From Vicugna vicugna (lineage: Eukaryota): a stretch of DNA of 64,000 nucleotides. The DNA lies in NCBI GenBank assembly GCA_013265495.1, contig MU058198.1, positions 7,331,779 through 7,395,778 of the forward strand. Reading direction: 5' to 3'. Below the pieces are notes generated by a model that saw only the letters and a list, made by a program, of their open reading frames with translations, ran no database searches and had not been told where the DNA came from. Position numbers and translations under genes: made by a program. Of the stretch, positions 49,497-61,520 are shown in pieces. Within the stretch, counting starts at the first letter, position 1. The number at the start of each line of letters is the position of its first letter.

Positions 49497-50680
49497 GGGA
49501 AGGGGAGGGGCAGGGGCAAAGCTCCATCCCCCCTTTTCTTTTAACAAGGTCCTAGGGCTGAGGTTTCAAGCCAGGGCTGGAGGGCAGAGGTCATGACCTC
49601 ACCAGCCACCTCTGAGGTCATGGAACCTGGGAGCAGAAGCTCCAACCCCCACAAGATCAAGCATCAGTTGGACCTTGGGGTCCTGGGAGGGCTGAGGTCA
49701 CAAGCCTCTAGAGAGGTGTGTGAGTATGTGTGTGAGAGTGTGTGTGTACACGAGAGTGGGGGTCGTTTCAGAGGTCATAGCTGGTGATCTCCTGAGGTGC
49801 ACCATCGCCCCTTCTGAGGGTCCCTAGGCCCTTGGCCTGCCTCCCCAAGGGCTCACTAAGCCAGAGGCCAAAGTGCCCCCCCTCCCCTTCACCTACCACC
49901 CAAGTCCTCATGCCCTCTCAGGGCTGGGGAGGAGGGGCTAAAGGAAGGGGGGTTCCATGTACATATTTATCTCCCCTTCCACATAGCCCCCAGACCTTTT
50001 GTACATTTTTACAGGGGTGCCCCTCCCAATAATCCCCCCTTCCTGGTTAATTAAATCCTCAGACTGGTGCTGTGTTCCTAGCCTCTGGCCTCTCTGTGGG
50101 GGGAGGGGGAATTGCAGGGGGAAGAGCTGGGAGGGAACAGGCAGGAACCCAGGGCTAACCCCTGGGAATAGGGGATCCAGCAGGAGGTGGACCAACAGGG
50201 GAAGGGACCTGGGTACCTAGGCTAGAAAGAAGTGCAAATGCTTCCTGCTTGGTTGACAGCCCAGGTTCCCCCCACCTGTTCCTGTTACCTCTGTGTGCCC
50301 CCATCCCTCAAGGCTCAACCTCTAAGCTTCAGTCTCCACCACTTAGTGGCTTGGTCCCCCCTCTCTATTTCCAAGTGCCCCCCCAGGACTCCTGGGCCCT
50401 GCTCTCCAGAAGCCTGTTCCCTGGAACCCTGCCCCAGGCTAAGGGGGGGACCGGAGAAGGTCACCATGTACCACACACCAAAGAAGGGGGTGGGCCCAGG
50501 GGTGGGCCACATAGGCAGCTTCTTCAGCAGCCTCTTGGCAGCAGCCCCAGCCTTCCCAAAGCAGCAGGTGCCCCCAGGCTGGGGCCCAACCTAGAAGGCA
50601 GGGGTCAGTTTAACAAGAACATAACATTGACTTTTTTTCCCCGGTGGGGCTTATTCTGTAACATGACTTGCGGATATTTA

Positions 50681-50686
50681 TATAAA
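50681..50686 (+). terminator. Candidate FBRS poly(A) signal (TATAAA variant)
   Basis: Followed by T/GT-rich sequence, ~1.2 kb after the stop codon; I saw no AATAAA in the 3'UTR. Confidence 0.45.
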
Positions 50687-50919
50687 AACGAGTGTTACAA
50701 TGAGGCCCCTTGGCTCCTCTTTGAGTGTGTATGGGTCACCTGAGGGGATTGGGCTGGGTCCTGGGGTCAGGGAGGGATGAGGACAGTACTGTCCAGGTCC
50801 TGATGAAGATTTTCCCCTCCCTTCTGCCTGGAAAATTTGTTCTACCTCCAGATGGATGGATTAGAGTGTGAGGCACTGATGTTTTTCACATTTTTCTACA
50901 GCCCAGGAATACATAACTA

Positions 50920-51108
50920 CAGTTGGCCCTTGAACACAGGTCTGAACTGCACAGGTCCACCTATACGTGGATTTTTTTTTCAATGAATAGTGCATGCAGT
51001 ACCACACAGTCCACGGTTGGATCCGTGGATGCAGGACCTTGGATATGGAGGGCCAACTGTGGGCAGCAGGTCTTGGAACCAATACCCACAGGTACCGAGG
51101 GTTGACTG
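50920..51108. mobile_element. Tigger2a-like non-autonomous TcMar element
   Basis: TA-flanked; terminal inverted repeats CAGTTGGCCCTTG / CGAGGGTTGACTG; internal tgaactgcacaggtccacctatacgtggattttt. Confidence 0.85.
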
Positions 51109-51242
51109 TATATAAGATTCAAGCAATATAGAAAGATGGGTAGCAGAACTAAATTTCCTGTTCGCTTGTCAACACACCCAAGCCCCATACCCTTCCCAAG
51201 GTAACCACTGTCAGCTGTTTGATATTTGTATTTACTTGCACA

Positions 51243-51303
51243 TATGTGTGTGTGTATATATATGTATATATGTGTATGTATATATATATATATATATATA
51301 TAT
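51243..51303. repeat. (TG)/(TA) microsatellite
   Basis: Directly visible. Confidence 0.9.
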
Positions 51304-52639
51304 GCATAGTTAGGTTAGAAAAGATAATCTTTAAAAAATCTGTATTGGGTTTTCTTTTATACGTGGTCATTATAAAACAGTTGAAACACACAGAAATACA
51401 TAGTTCAAAGGAAAAGCGCCTCATAATCTTGTTCCTCAGAGGTAGCCTCTGTTAACTGTTGGGTATATTCTTCCAGTTAGTTTTCTAACTATATACTTAA
51501 AATACTATGCAAAAAGTGGGATCCTGTGAAATGGACTATTTTATTTACAACTATGTTTTTATACTTAATATCATCTTTTGAAATCATCATTAAAAGGCAA
51601 GTGACTACTAAACAGCTAGAGAGGCTGGCTCCCACCTGAGCCCCGCAGAATTGACTTGTTCCAAGTGTACCCATCACCTTAGGAAGGATGCAGCCAATGT
51701 TGTCTGCTGCCGCCACACTACCCAAGACTTCTAGGGGAGACTCAAGCTTAGCTTGCTCTGACAGAAGTCAAGTTGATCGGGAGAAACATGGCTTGCAGAT
51801 AAGATTTCACATGGCAGTCCTTATTTTCAGCTTCTCTTGAAAAATCCAAAAACCTGTTGACGCTCTACCTGCTTTCCCTATGACTGTCCCTTGAGATGGG
51901 GCATGATGTCCCCAGATTGCCACTGTCCCCTCCACTCTGTCGTTTAGGAATGGGCCATTGATACTATTTGGGGTACTTCCCTGGTTCCTATAAGCATTTG
52001 GTGGTGGAACTCTGAAGTGAAATATTTTCTAGGTATGTATATTCAACTCCCACAAGTACTTCAGATTTCCCAAACAGTCATCTACCAAATCTGATGCTGC
52101 ACACCACCCCACCTCCACCCCATTTCCATCTGGTAGTGTTGCCAGCACCCAAGTCAGACACATCCCTGTGTCTGATTCACTGTCTGCACTGCCTTTTATT
52201 TTTTTAAGCACTGTTCACTTCATCTATCACGCCAGGCGCTGAAGTAGTGGCTGGGGATACAGAGGTAAACAAAACCAAAGCCCAGCTTTCCTGGAGCTCA
52301 CAATGCTACTATGAGAAAGGAACAGTAAACACGTACAAGAAGAAAGAGTGAAGGCAAAGAGCCCCAAGGGCTGCCTCCTTAGAGCCTATCCTCAATAGCC
52401 ACTATCCTTCACCGACTCATCTCCTGTTCCGACCCTAACTCAGGCAGCTCCTCAGGCAGAGGTAAAAGGTGAGTCCAGAAAGTACTGCCAACTCTGGGAA
52501 AAACCAAACCAAAATCATTCACCATCATCAGGCTGCTATTTGGAAATGTGTTTCTTTGCCTTGAGTGAGTTCAGCAGAATAGCTGTGTAGTCTTAAGCAA
52601 TGTGTTCATTTCTATGCCACAGTTTATTTGCAAAATGGA

Positions 52640-53055
52640 GGGTTTTTAAAACAGCTTTACTGATAAATAATTCATATACCATACAATTCACCCCATATTT
52701 TAAGACTGGCTTCTTTCACTTAGCATTTATGGTCTCAAGGTTCATCCATGCTGTAACTTGTATCAGTACTTCATTCCTTTTTTATTGCCAAGTAATATTC
52801 CATTGTGTGCACATACCTCTTGTGTTTATCCATTCTTCAGTTGATGGACATTTGGGTTGTTTCTTTTGACTTTTATGAATAATGCTGCTGTGAATATCTG
52901 TGCAAGTTTTTATATGAATGCATGTTTTCAATTCTCTTAGGTATATACCTCAGAGTGAAATTGCTGGGTCATACAATGACTCTATGTTTAACATTTTGGG
53001 GAACTGCCAAACTAGTTTCCAAAATGGCTGAACTTACATTCCCACCAACATATAT
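52640..53055 (-). mobile_element. L1M 3' fragment
   Basis: ggttcatccatgctgtaacttgtatcagtacttcattcctttt...gttgatggacatttgggttg...ttgctgggtcata. Confidence 0.85.
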
Positions 53056-53244
53056 GAAGATGAAGTTTTAATAGTAAGTTTTACTGTTACAGTATGACCA
53101 TTTAATAGTAGGTTGTATTATAGGTTTCTCCTACTATTACTGTATAAATTCACTAAGTTTATAAGCATAAAGTTCTTAGAACAGTACCTGACACAGGGTA
53201 CATGCTTGGAGAATGATTGCTGTCATTACTGGTGATTCCTTTCT

Positions 53245-53672
53245 TTGTTTTTAATTGAAGTTTTGTTGATTTACAATGTGTTAGTTTCTGGTGTACAGCA
53301 TAATCATTTATACATATATACTTTTTTGTATTTGTTTTCATTATAGGTTATTATAAGATACTGAATATGGTTCCCTGTACTATACAGGAGGAACTTATTG
53401 TTTATCTGTTTTATGTATAGTAGTTTGTATCCACTAATCTCAAACTCCCAATTTATCCCTCCCCCATCATTTCTGCTTTGGTAACCATAAGTTTGTTTTC
53501 TATGTCTGTGAGTCTGTTTCTGATTTGTAAATAAGTTCATTTGTCTCATTTTTTTTAGAGTCCACATGTAAGTGACATATATTTGTCTTTCTCTGATTTA
53601 CTTTAGTTAGTATGATCATCTTTAGGTCCATCCATGTTGCTTAAATGCATTATTTCATTCTTTTTATGGCTG
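53245..53672 (-). mobile_element. L1 3' end (artiodactyl-type)
   Basis: gttgatttacaatgtgttagtttctggtgtacagcat...ggtaaccataagtttgttttctatgtctgtgagtctg. Confidence 0.9.
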
Positions 53673-54216
53673 GTGGTGATGTCTTTCTGATCAGAAACCC
53701 TAAGAAACAGATTTCAGAGGTGGATGAAGGAGAATGCTTACTCACAACCAGTTTGTTGGGGAGGCATATCTTTCAAGCAAGCTTTGAGGTGGGCAGCATC
53801 TACCTACAGACATAGAAGGGGGAAGGAGGGGGCCTGGGCCATAACACAGGTTTACAGCATTTTACATCAGATACACCAGAGTTTGAATTCGGCCTCCACC
53901 AACCAGCTCTGTGACTTTGGTCTAGCTGCAGCCTCTTTCCATGGCGGACAAACAAGAAAAATGACAATTTCAGCCCACAGGTTCATTGAGATGGTTACAT
54001 GGCAAAATGCATATAAAGGGTGCTTAGCATAAAATTTAGTACACAGTAGACATTCACTTAATGAGAGTGATGTTACTGATTGTACTTGGAAAGATTAGAA
54101 AATAATTCCTCTGTTTCAAGATGGGTAAATTGAAGTTCAGAGAAGTTATGACTTATGGAGTCAGGAGAAGAAAGGAGACATACTTATTTGGGGAGGAGGT
54201 TCAAAAATAAACTTTC

Positions 54217-54352
54217 AGGGGGAGGTATAGCTCAAGTGATAGAGCACATGCTCAGCACGCATGAGGTCCTGGGTTCAATCTCCAGTACCTCCTCTAAGAA
54301 TAAATAAATACTAAATAAACCAATTACCTCCCCACCAAAAAATTAATTAATT
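54217..54352 (+). mobile_element. tRNA-derived SINE (Vic-1 type)
   Basis: gtatagctcaagtgatagagcacatgc...gtcctgggttcaatctccagtacc; flanked by aaataaacttt repeats. Confidence 0.85.
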
Positions 54353-54359
54353 AAATAAA

Positions 54360-55850
54360 CTTTATTGTTTAGAACAGTTTTAGAGAAAAATTACAAAGAT
54401 AGTACAGAGGGTTCCTATATGCCGCCTACTCAGTTTCCTCTATGAACATCTCACATTTGTTATAATTTAATGAATCAGTATTGATACTTTATTATTATTA
54501 CTAACTTAAAACCACACTTTATTCAGATTTCCTTTTACTTAATGCCCCTTGTCTGTCCCTGGATCATCATGTTTCCTTAGGCTCCTCTTGATTGTGAGTT
54601 TTCTAGGTTTCCCTGTTTTTGATGATCTTGACAGTTTTGAGGAATACTGGTCAGCTCTTTTGTAAAATGTCCCTTGAGATTTGTATGTTGTTTGCCTTAG
54701 GATTAGACTACAGTTATGGGTTTGAGGAGACAGAGGTAAACCTTAATCACCTGGCTGAGGTAGTGAAATTATGCTCCACCTCCTAGAGGGTGAAATAGCT
54801 GCATAAATTATTTGGAATTATTCTATACAGGAAGAATTTATTTATTTGTTTATTTATTTATTTAGTCACTTATTTGTATTATATTGCGATGGATTTATGG
54901 ATATTTATTTTACACTTTAGGTTATACTCCAGTACTACTTTATTATTACTCTCCAGTTTTTAGTTGGCTCCTGTGTCCCTTTGACATACTCCCATCATTG
55001 TATTTTTGATTTTTTAGCAGAGGCTTACTTTTTACTACTTATCCTTTTGAATCTTTGGGGGTTTGTCTCATATGCATGTATTATCTACTTTAAAAGTTAA
55101 AAACAACACCTAGTGTAATTAACAAAACGTTTGTAGCTTACCAAAAACAAGTAGAGTAAAAACTCTTCTTCCTTCCCCTTTATCACTCCTCCCTGCCCCA
55201 GTTCCCCTTCCCAGAGGCATCCAGTTGATTTCTTGTTTGTTTCTGCAGAACAATTCCTTTTTTCCTTCTCTTAAACAAATGTTAACATATAGTATACCCT
55301 GTTCAGCACACAGCTTTTTTAAAGTAACAATCTCTTGTGGGTTTTTCCATTTCAGCACATAGAGATCTACCTTCGTTTTAGCCTCTACATAGTATTCCAT
55401 TGTAAGGCTGTACCATAATATATGTAACTAATCTCCATCAATGGACATTTATGTTCTTATCAGTTTTTCACTAAAACAAGGAGTGCTGACGTGAATACCC
55501 ACATATTTGTATATTTGAGCAAATAAATCTGCAGGTAAATTTCTAGTAAGCAATTGCTAAGCTAAAGAGTATATACTTTCCAAGTTTAGACGCTGCTGAG
55601 TTGTCCTGTACAAACCTTTCACCAATTTTCACTCTCACCAACAACGTATGAGAAGACCTGTTTCCCACACTCTTGCTAATGTGGAGAAGAGACAAGCTTT
55701 TTGATCTTCGTTACTCTGATAGGTGAAAGATGGTGACTCACTGAAGTTTTAATTTGCATTTCTGTTATTATGAGTGAAGCTAAACGTCTTGCCAGACGTT
55801 TACAAATCACTTGTGTTCTCGCTTTTTCTGTGAATTGTCTCTTCAGATAC
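54360..55850 (-). mobile_element. Old L1M 3' fragments
   Basis: gacagttttgaggaatactggtcag; tagtattccattgtaaggctgtaccata; ttttaatttgcatttct. Confidence 0.7.
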
Positions 55851-55898
55851 TCTGCCCATTCCCCTCTCCTCTGCCCTTTAGACTTTTAAAAAATTTGT

Positions 55899-55929
<31 letters not shown>

Positions 55930-57339
55930 TTCATTTAAGTTGAAGTATAGTCAGATACTATGTTTCAATTTCTGGTATACAGCACAATGTCCCAATCATG
56001 CATGTACATATATATATTCATTTTCTAGACTTTTTATAACCCTTGTTTTGTGCCTCAGTGAAAGCTATACATTCATTTAATCCATCAACAAATATTTATT
56101 AATTACCTACTGTGTTATAGCAACATGGCAGTGAACAGAAAGGACAAAGGTATTTTTCTCTAGGAGATTAAAATTCTAGAGGGAGAAGACACAGTAAAGA
56201 AATAAATATATGTCCCATGGCTGTAACTGTTACGGAGAAAGAGTAGGATATGGGCTGGAACGTTCTGAGGTGCTACTTTATATAGAGGGATCAGAGAAGA
56301 TTTCTCTGAGGGATGCCAAGAGAGCAGAGATGGGAATGAAATGAGGAAAGGAACTGTAATTATCTGGGAGAGGACTGCTTTAGGCAGAGGGAGAAGCAGT
56401 GTGAAGTCCCTGGGGTGGAAACGTGCTGGGTGAGCTGGCGAGTGGACCAGTGTGGCTGGAGCAGAGTGAGCGAGAGGGAGAGGGAGTGGGATGGGAGATG
56501 AGGTCCAATAGGTGAGCGGGGACCAGATCGTGGAGGACCTTGCAGGTCTTCGTAAGGACTTGAGAATTCTGGCTTCTACTCTGAGATGCTAGCCATTACA
56601 GAGTTTGTTAATTTGGGCTGTGGGTTGTTTTTGTTTTTTGGTTTTTTTGGAGCATTTCAATGATATTACCCAATTTAATTTTTTAAAGGATCACGGTCTG
56701 TGAAGGGAGTCATGACAGTACACGTGTTACTGGAACATTTCCCATCGTTAGCCTGTTCCAACTGGAATATTCAGAGGATTGGCCTGCTTTAAGCAAATCC
56801 AATGTGTAAAAATGCAGGTGGACCTAGTTTTCCCTAAGGGACTGGGCAGTCATTGCTATTGGGTGTGCTTGGCGTGGTAAGGGTAAGGTGGTGATCCCAA
56901 GCTCCAGGCCTGGGGCTTTTACTTGTGGGTGATAAATAAGCCCCACTTTTTTCCCCATTAGAGATAACCATCTCCCTAAATTTCATCAACTGCACCTCCA
57001 GAAATGCCTCCTACCAACACATTCAGGCAAGAATATTCCCAGATCTAGTGGTAATAGTTGTACAACTTTGTGAATATATAAAACCCCAGAATTGTATACT
57101 TTAAAAGGGTGAATTTATGGTACATAAATTGTAAGTCAATAATAACAACAGTGTTCCCAGAAACCCTGTTTGTCGTAGCAGGAAGACTGGAAGCAACCCA
57201 AATTTATTTAACAGATCGGATCTGTTAAATAAACTTATATGATCATCAATGGATAAACACAGAGCAGTTGAAAAGAATGAGGTGTGTCTATACTTGTAGA
57301 TATGGCAGGTAGGGAAAGCTCTCTGTGATGTAATGTTGT

Positions 57340-57495
57340 CTTTTTTTAAATTTTACCTTCTTAAAAACTTAATTTACTTTTTGCCGTGGGGGAAGGTAAT
57401 TAGGTTTGTTTGTTTAATGGAGGTACTGGAGATTGCACCCAGGACCTCATGCATGCTAGGCATGCACTCTTCCACTAAGCTATACCCTCCCTCCA
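57340..57495 (-). mobile_element. tRNA-derived SINE (Vic-1 type)
   Basis: gaggtactggagattgcacccaggacctcatgcatgctagg...agctataccctccc; TSD-like tgttgtct on both sides. Confidence 0.85.
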
Positions 57496-59789
57496 AGTGT
57501 TGTCTCTTTTTAATTTATTTTTTACTGAAGTATAGTTGATTTACAGTGTTCTTAGTTTCAGGTGTACAGTAAAGTGATTCAGTTATACATAATCTATTTA
57601 TCTATCTATATTCTTTTTCAGATTCTTTTCCATTATAGGTTATTACAAGATACTGAGTATAGGTTCCGTGTGATGTAGTGTTAAGTTAAAAAAAATTAAG
57701 TGAGAGAACTATGTGTATGGTTTGCTACCATTTATATTAGAAGAGTATATATACATGCACATAGACTATTTCTAGAAAGATATTTGAGAATTTCTCAATA
57801 GCAACTTCTAGGGAGTGAGGATAGGTTTTCATCTTCACTGATCACATTCTACTGTCTCTACTTTAAAAATCCCAAATATTTATATGTATAACTTTTATAA
57901 AAACATAAAATTTATCACAACAAAGAACTAAAAATACAAAAATTGGGAGAGGAATGCTTTAGGCAGAAGGAGCAGAAGGAGTTCTTGAGGTGGGGCTGTG
58001 CTGGGTGAGCTGGAGGGTCAGCCAGGAGGCTGGCTACTGTGGGAGGAGTGTTTCTGGGGCACTTTCTACATGCCAGGCATTTCATCGTGGGGTTGTGGGC
58101 AGTGGTTGGTAAGACTGACAAATGCCTTCACCAAGCTCTCAGTTCCTCCCAGCTCCTCCCGGAGACGGTGGGAGGCCCTGCCCTGGCTCTTTGGAGGGAA
58201 TCCGCTCTTGCCTGCCTTCCCCCTCTCCCACCTTTTCTCTGGGACCCATCAAATCCAGAGTAGGCATGAACCTTGAGCTGAATGACCTTGAGCAAATGAC
58301 TGTAACTTTCTGAACCTTAGTTCCTTCCTCTGCAAAATAAGAACACTAATAAAGCCTAACTCAATGGAGTTATTGTGAGAATTACTGGTGTACTAAAAAC
58401 GGTTAGAATCACTGAAATACTAGGTTGCCTCCAGCACCAACTGGCTTGGGTAAGCTATTTAATATGAAGAATATAATGCTCTCAAGTCTTGCTTGCAAGG
58501 CGGGTAAAACTGGCATGAGTGTCCCCTTTTTATACTGAGGCACAAAGATGTTTTCATGAGCCCTTTTGGGCTAATCCAAACTTAGGGAAAAATTCAAGAT
58601 GAACAGACTTGAAGGTCAGACAAAATATAAGTTTGAATTCCTGCTTTGCTAGCTGTTTGCTTTGTGATTTTAGGCTACTTACCTCTCTGAAGCTGCGAGT
58701 TAACTACACCTATCAAAAAGAGGCAAGGTTTTGGACCTCAAAAGACTGGAGGACTAAACGCTGCTGCAAAAGAAAAAGGTCTCCCACAGTGCTGGGAACA
58801 TGGTAAATGTCCACGAAACAGCAGCTATTAGGGTAATTATTCTGTAAATGCTCTGAATGATAATAACATTTATGGAACCAGGTGTCAGACCCTATGTTAG
58901 GTGCTGAGATCAGATGAACTAGAGACCAGGTCTCATGGTCTCTCTCTCTCTAGTACCAGCATCTGCCCTCCCAAGCCCTGCTATGAATGAGGGTCCCCAC
59001 AGTGATGCAAATGAGTGTTGACTTTTTAAAATTAACAAAACAATGAGCCCTTGATGGGAAAGGTTTAGAACTTTGCAAGGCAAGGAGAAAGACTGGTTAC
59101 TAAATGTGGTTTTTTGTTTTTGTTTTTTTTTTTACTAAGTGTGTGTTGATACCACACCCTGCTTTACTTGTCAATAAACTTTTCCTGAAGCAGGCTGGGA
59201 TGACCCCAGGCTGGAATCCAGTGGAGGTCTCTAAAATGGCTGGGTGAACTGGGGCCTTTCAGTGTCTCAGTGCAGGAATATCAGTGAGGTAATGACGCTT
59301 ACCTCTCAGGGCTGCTGGGCGGCTTTGATGAAATGTGTATGAAGAGAAGAAATGAAGCAAAATTTTCTAACAAAATCACTTTATTTTATTCCAAACCTTC
59401 CCACTCCACCCATAGCTTCTGGAGAAGCAATTGTACAGTCTCTAGGGGACGCTGACCCCAATACCACTCTCAGTCCCCTGGGGGAAGACATGGGGAAGGA
59501 ATACGGTAAAGAAATAAAGACAGGACACCTAAGGACATCGTGCTGGGCACAGAACAGGCTAAAGTTAGCAATAGAAAGAGAGACTTAAAAAACAAGACAC
59601 TGTTTTTCAAAGATATTCACTACAAGTTTATCCACAAAAATATTGTTTCTAGAGCTCAAGAATGAAAAGAATTCGTGTCCAAAATAGGAGATTGATTAAA
59701 TAAATCTTTCAATATTCACACAAAGGACTAGTATGGCCTTTTAAAATATAAGGTAGATTCCAATGTACAGGTCTGGGATAATCTTCAAG

Positions 59790-59892
59790 ATTTTTTTTTA
59801 AGTTTTTTTTTAAATAGAGGTACTGGGATTGAACCCAGTACCTCATACTTACACTAAGCACGTGCTCTCTCACTGAGTTAGTCCCCAGCCCC
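59790..59892 (-). mobile_element. tRNA-derived SINE (Vic-1 type, short)
   Basis: gaggtactgggattgaacccag...cactgagtta; caagattt repeats on both sides. Confidence 0.75.
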
Positions 59893-60056
59893 AAGATTTA
59901 TTATTAATAAGCAAGTGGAGATATCTTGTGTCCATGGATAGAAGACAATATTGTAAAGATACAGTTCTCTCCAGATTGATCTAAGAGTCAATGCAATGTT
60001 AATAAAACTTACAACAGGGGTTTTCATGAAACTCAACAAGCCAATTCAAAAAACAT

Positions 60057-60180
60057 GGAGGGGAGGGTATAGGTCAGAGGGAGAATGCATGCTTAGCATG
60101 CATGAGGTCCTGGGTTCAATCCCCAGGATCTCTGTTATAAACAAACAAACCTAATAACTATCCCCCCCAAAAACCCCAAA
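60057..60180 (+). mobile_element. tRNA-derived SINE (Vic-1 type)
   Basis: ggagggtataggtcagag...gcatgcttagcatgcatgaggtcctgggttcaatcccc. Confidence 0.85.
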
Positions 60181-60187
60181 ATTTAAA

Positions 60188-60189
60188 TA

Positions 60190-60253
<64 letters not shown>
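60188..60253. repeat. Compound (TG)n(TA)n(AG)n microsatellite at a SINE tail
   Basis: Directly visible. Confidence 0.9.
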
Positions 60254-60260
<7 letters not shown>

Positions 60261-60279
60261 AGGAAGGGAGAGAGAGAGG

Positions 60280-61520
60280 AGTAAAGGGCAAAGAACAGGT
60301 ACAGGTGGATAATTCTAAAGAAGACAAAGAGAAGGGAGTTGCTCTACCAAAACTGTTTAAAAGCGATGGTAATTAAGACAAGATGGTGTTGGTAGCTATA
60401 GAAATTCACCAAAATCAACTCATGAATGTAAGAAATTCTGATAAACTACAGGGGTGGCATGGCAGATCTAAGGAGGAAAAATTCAATAAATAGAGCTGGG
60501 GAAAAAAGTCATCCCTACTGAAGACATTAAGTTAGATCATTGCCTCACCATGTACACAAAAATCAACTCCAGATATAAGGATTTAATTATCAAAGGCAAA
60601 GCTTTTAAAGTTTTATGAGAAAATATAAGGAAATTTCTGTCTGACCTTGGAGTAATAAGGACTCTCAAATAAAACATAAAAGCCTACTTATAAAAGAAAA
60701 TATTAATAAAGGTATATTAAAATGAAAGGAAATGAAATTTTAAGCTATCATTTGAAGAAGATATGTGCAAACACACATAACCACTCAAGGATATATATTA
60801 AGATTGTCTAAACACCTTCTATAAGCCAATAAAGGCCGGTAGAAAAATGGGTGAAAGACTTGAACATGCATTTCAAAGAAGAGGACACATGGCTAAAAAG
60901 CTCATGAAGAGATGTTCAACATCATTTTAGGAAATACAAATCAAGACCATAGTGAGATACCAGTTTACATCCAGTCTATGGCAAGAATTAAAACACCAAG
61001 TATTGGAGAACAATACGTCTTCTATACATTGCTGGTGGGAACATATATCCATACGACCATTTTGGAAAACAATTTGTCATTTTCTTGTGAATTTTAAAAC
61101 CTAGTAGTTCCAATCTTGGGCAAATATCCAAGAACAAGCCTTGGACAAGCACTCCAGGAGACATGTACGTGAATATTCATAACAGCAGTGAACAATTGGC
61201 CAAAACCCAGAAAGAACCCGAAGTTGCCCTTCAGTAGATAAATATATTGGGGCACCTTGACAAAATGAAATATCACACAAGAGTGAGACTGGAATGAACC
61301 ACCGCTACACAGAACAATACAAATGAATTTCATTAATATGACATTGAGTCTAAAAATAGAAAGGGAGAACCTGAGGACTAGCTATACAATGATATCTTTT
61401 TTCGAAAATTCAGAAAAAACTAAAACTAACCAATATATTGTTTAATCATCATATAGAGGACAAAACTATAAAACTAAAGCCAAGAAAACAATAAACTAAG
61501 TTCAAGCTAGTGGTTTCCTG
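60280..61520 (+). mobile_element. Ancient L1ME-type ORF2/3' fragment (also at 59915-60055, split by the SINE)
   Basis: cacaaaaatcaactccagat; gaaaaatgggtgaaagacttgaaca; catgaagagatgttcaacatcatt; cattttggaaaacaattt. Confidence 0.75.

Noticed and set aside
49999..50743. ORFs in the FBRS 3'UTR (73, 120, 164 aa)
   Set aside because: No domain or splice support; the two longest start at non-ATG codons.
54217..54290. tRNA gene-like A/B boxes (also at 21650, 57420, 59820, 60060)
   Set aside because: These are SINE heads with AT-rich tails and TSDs.
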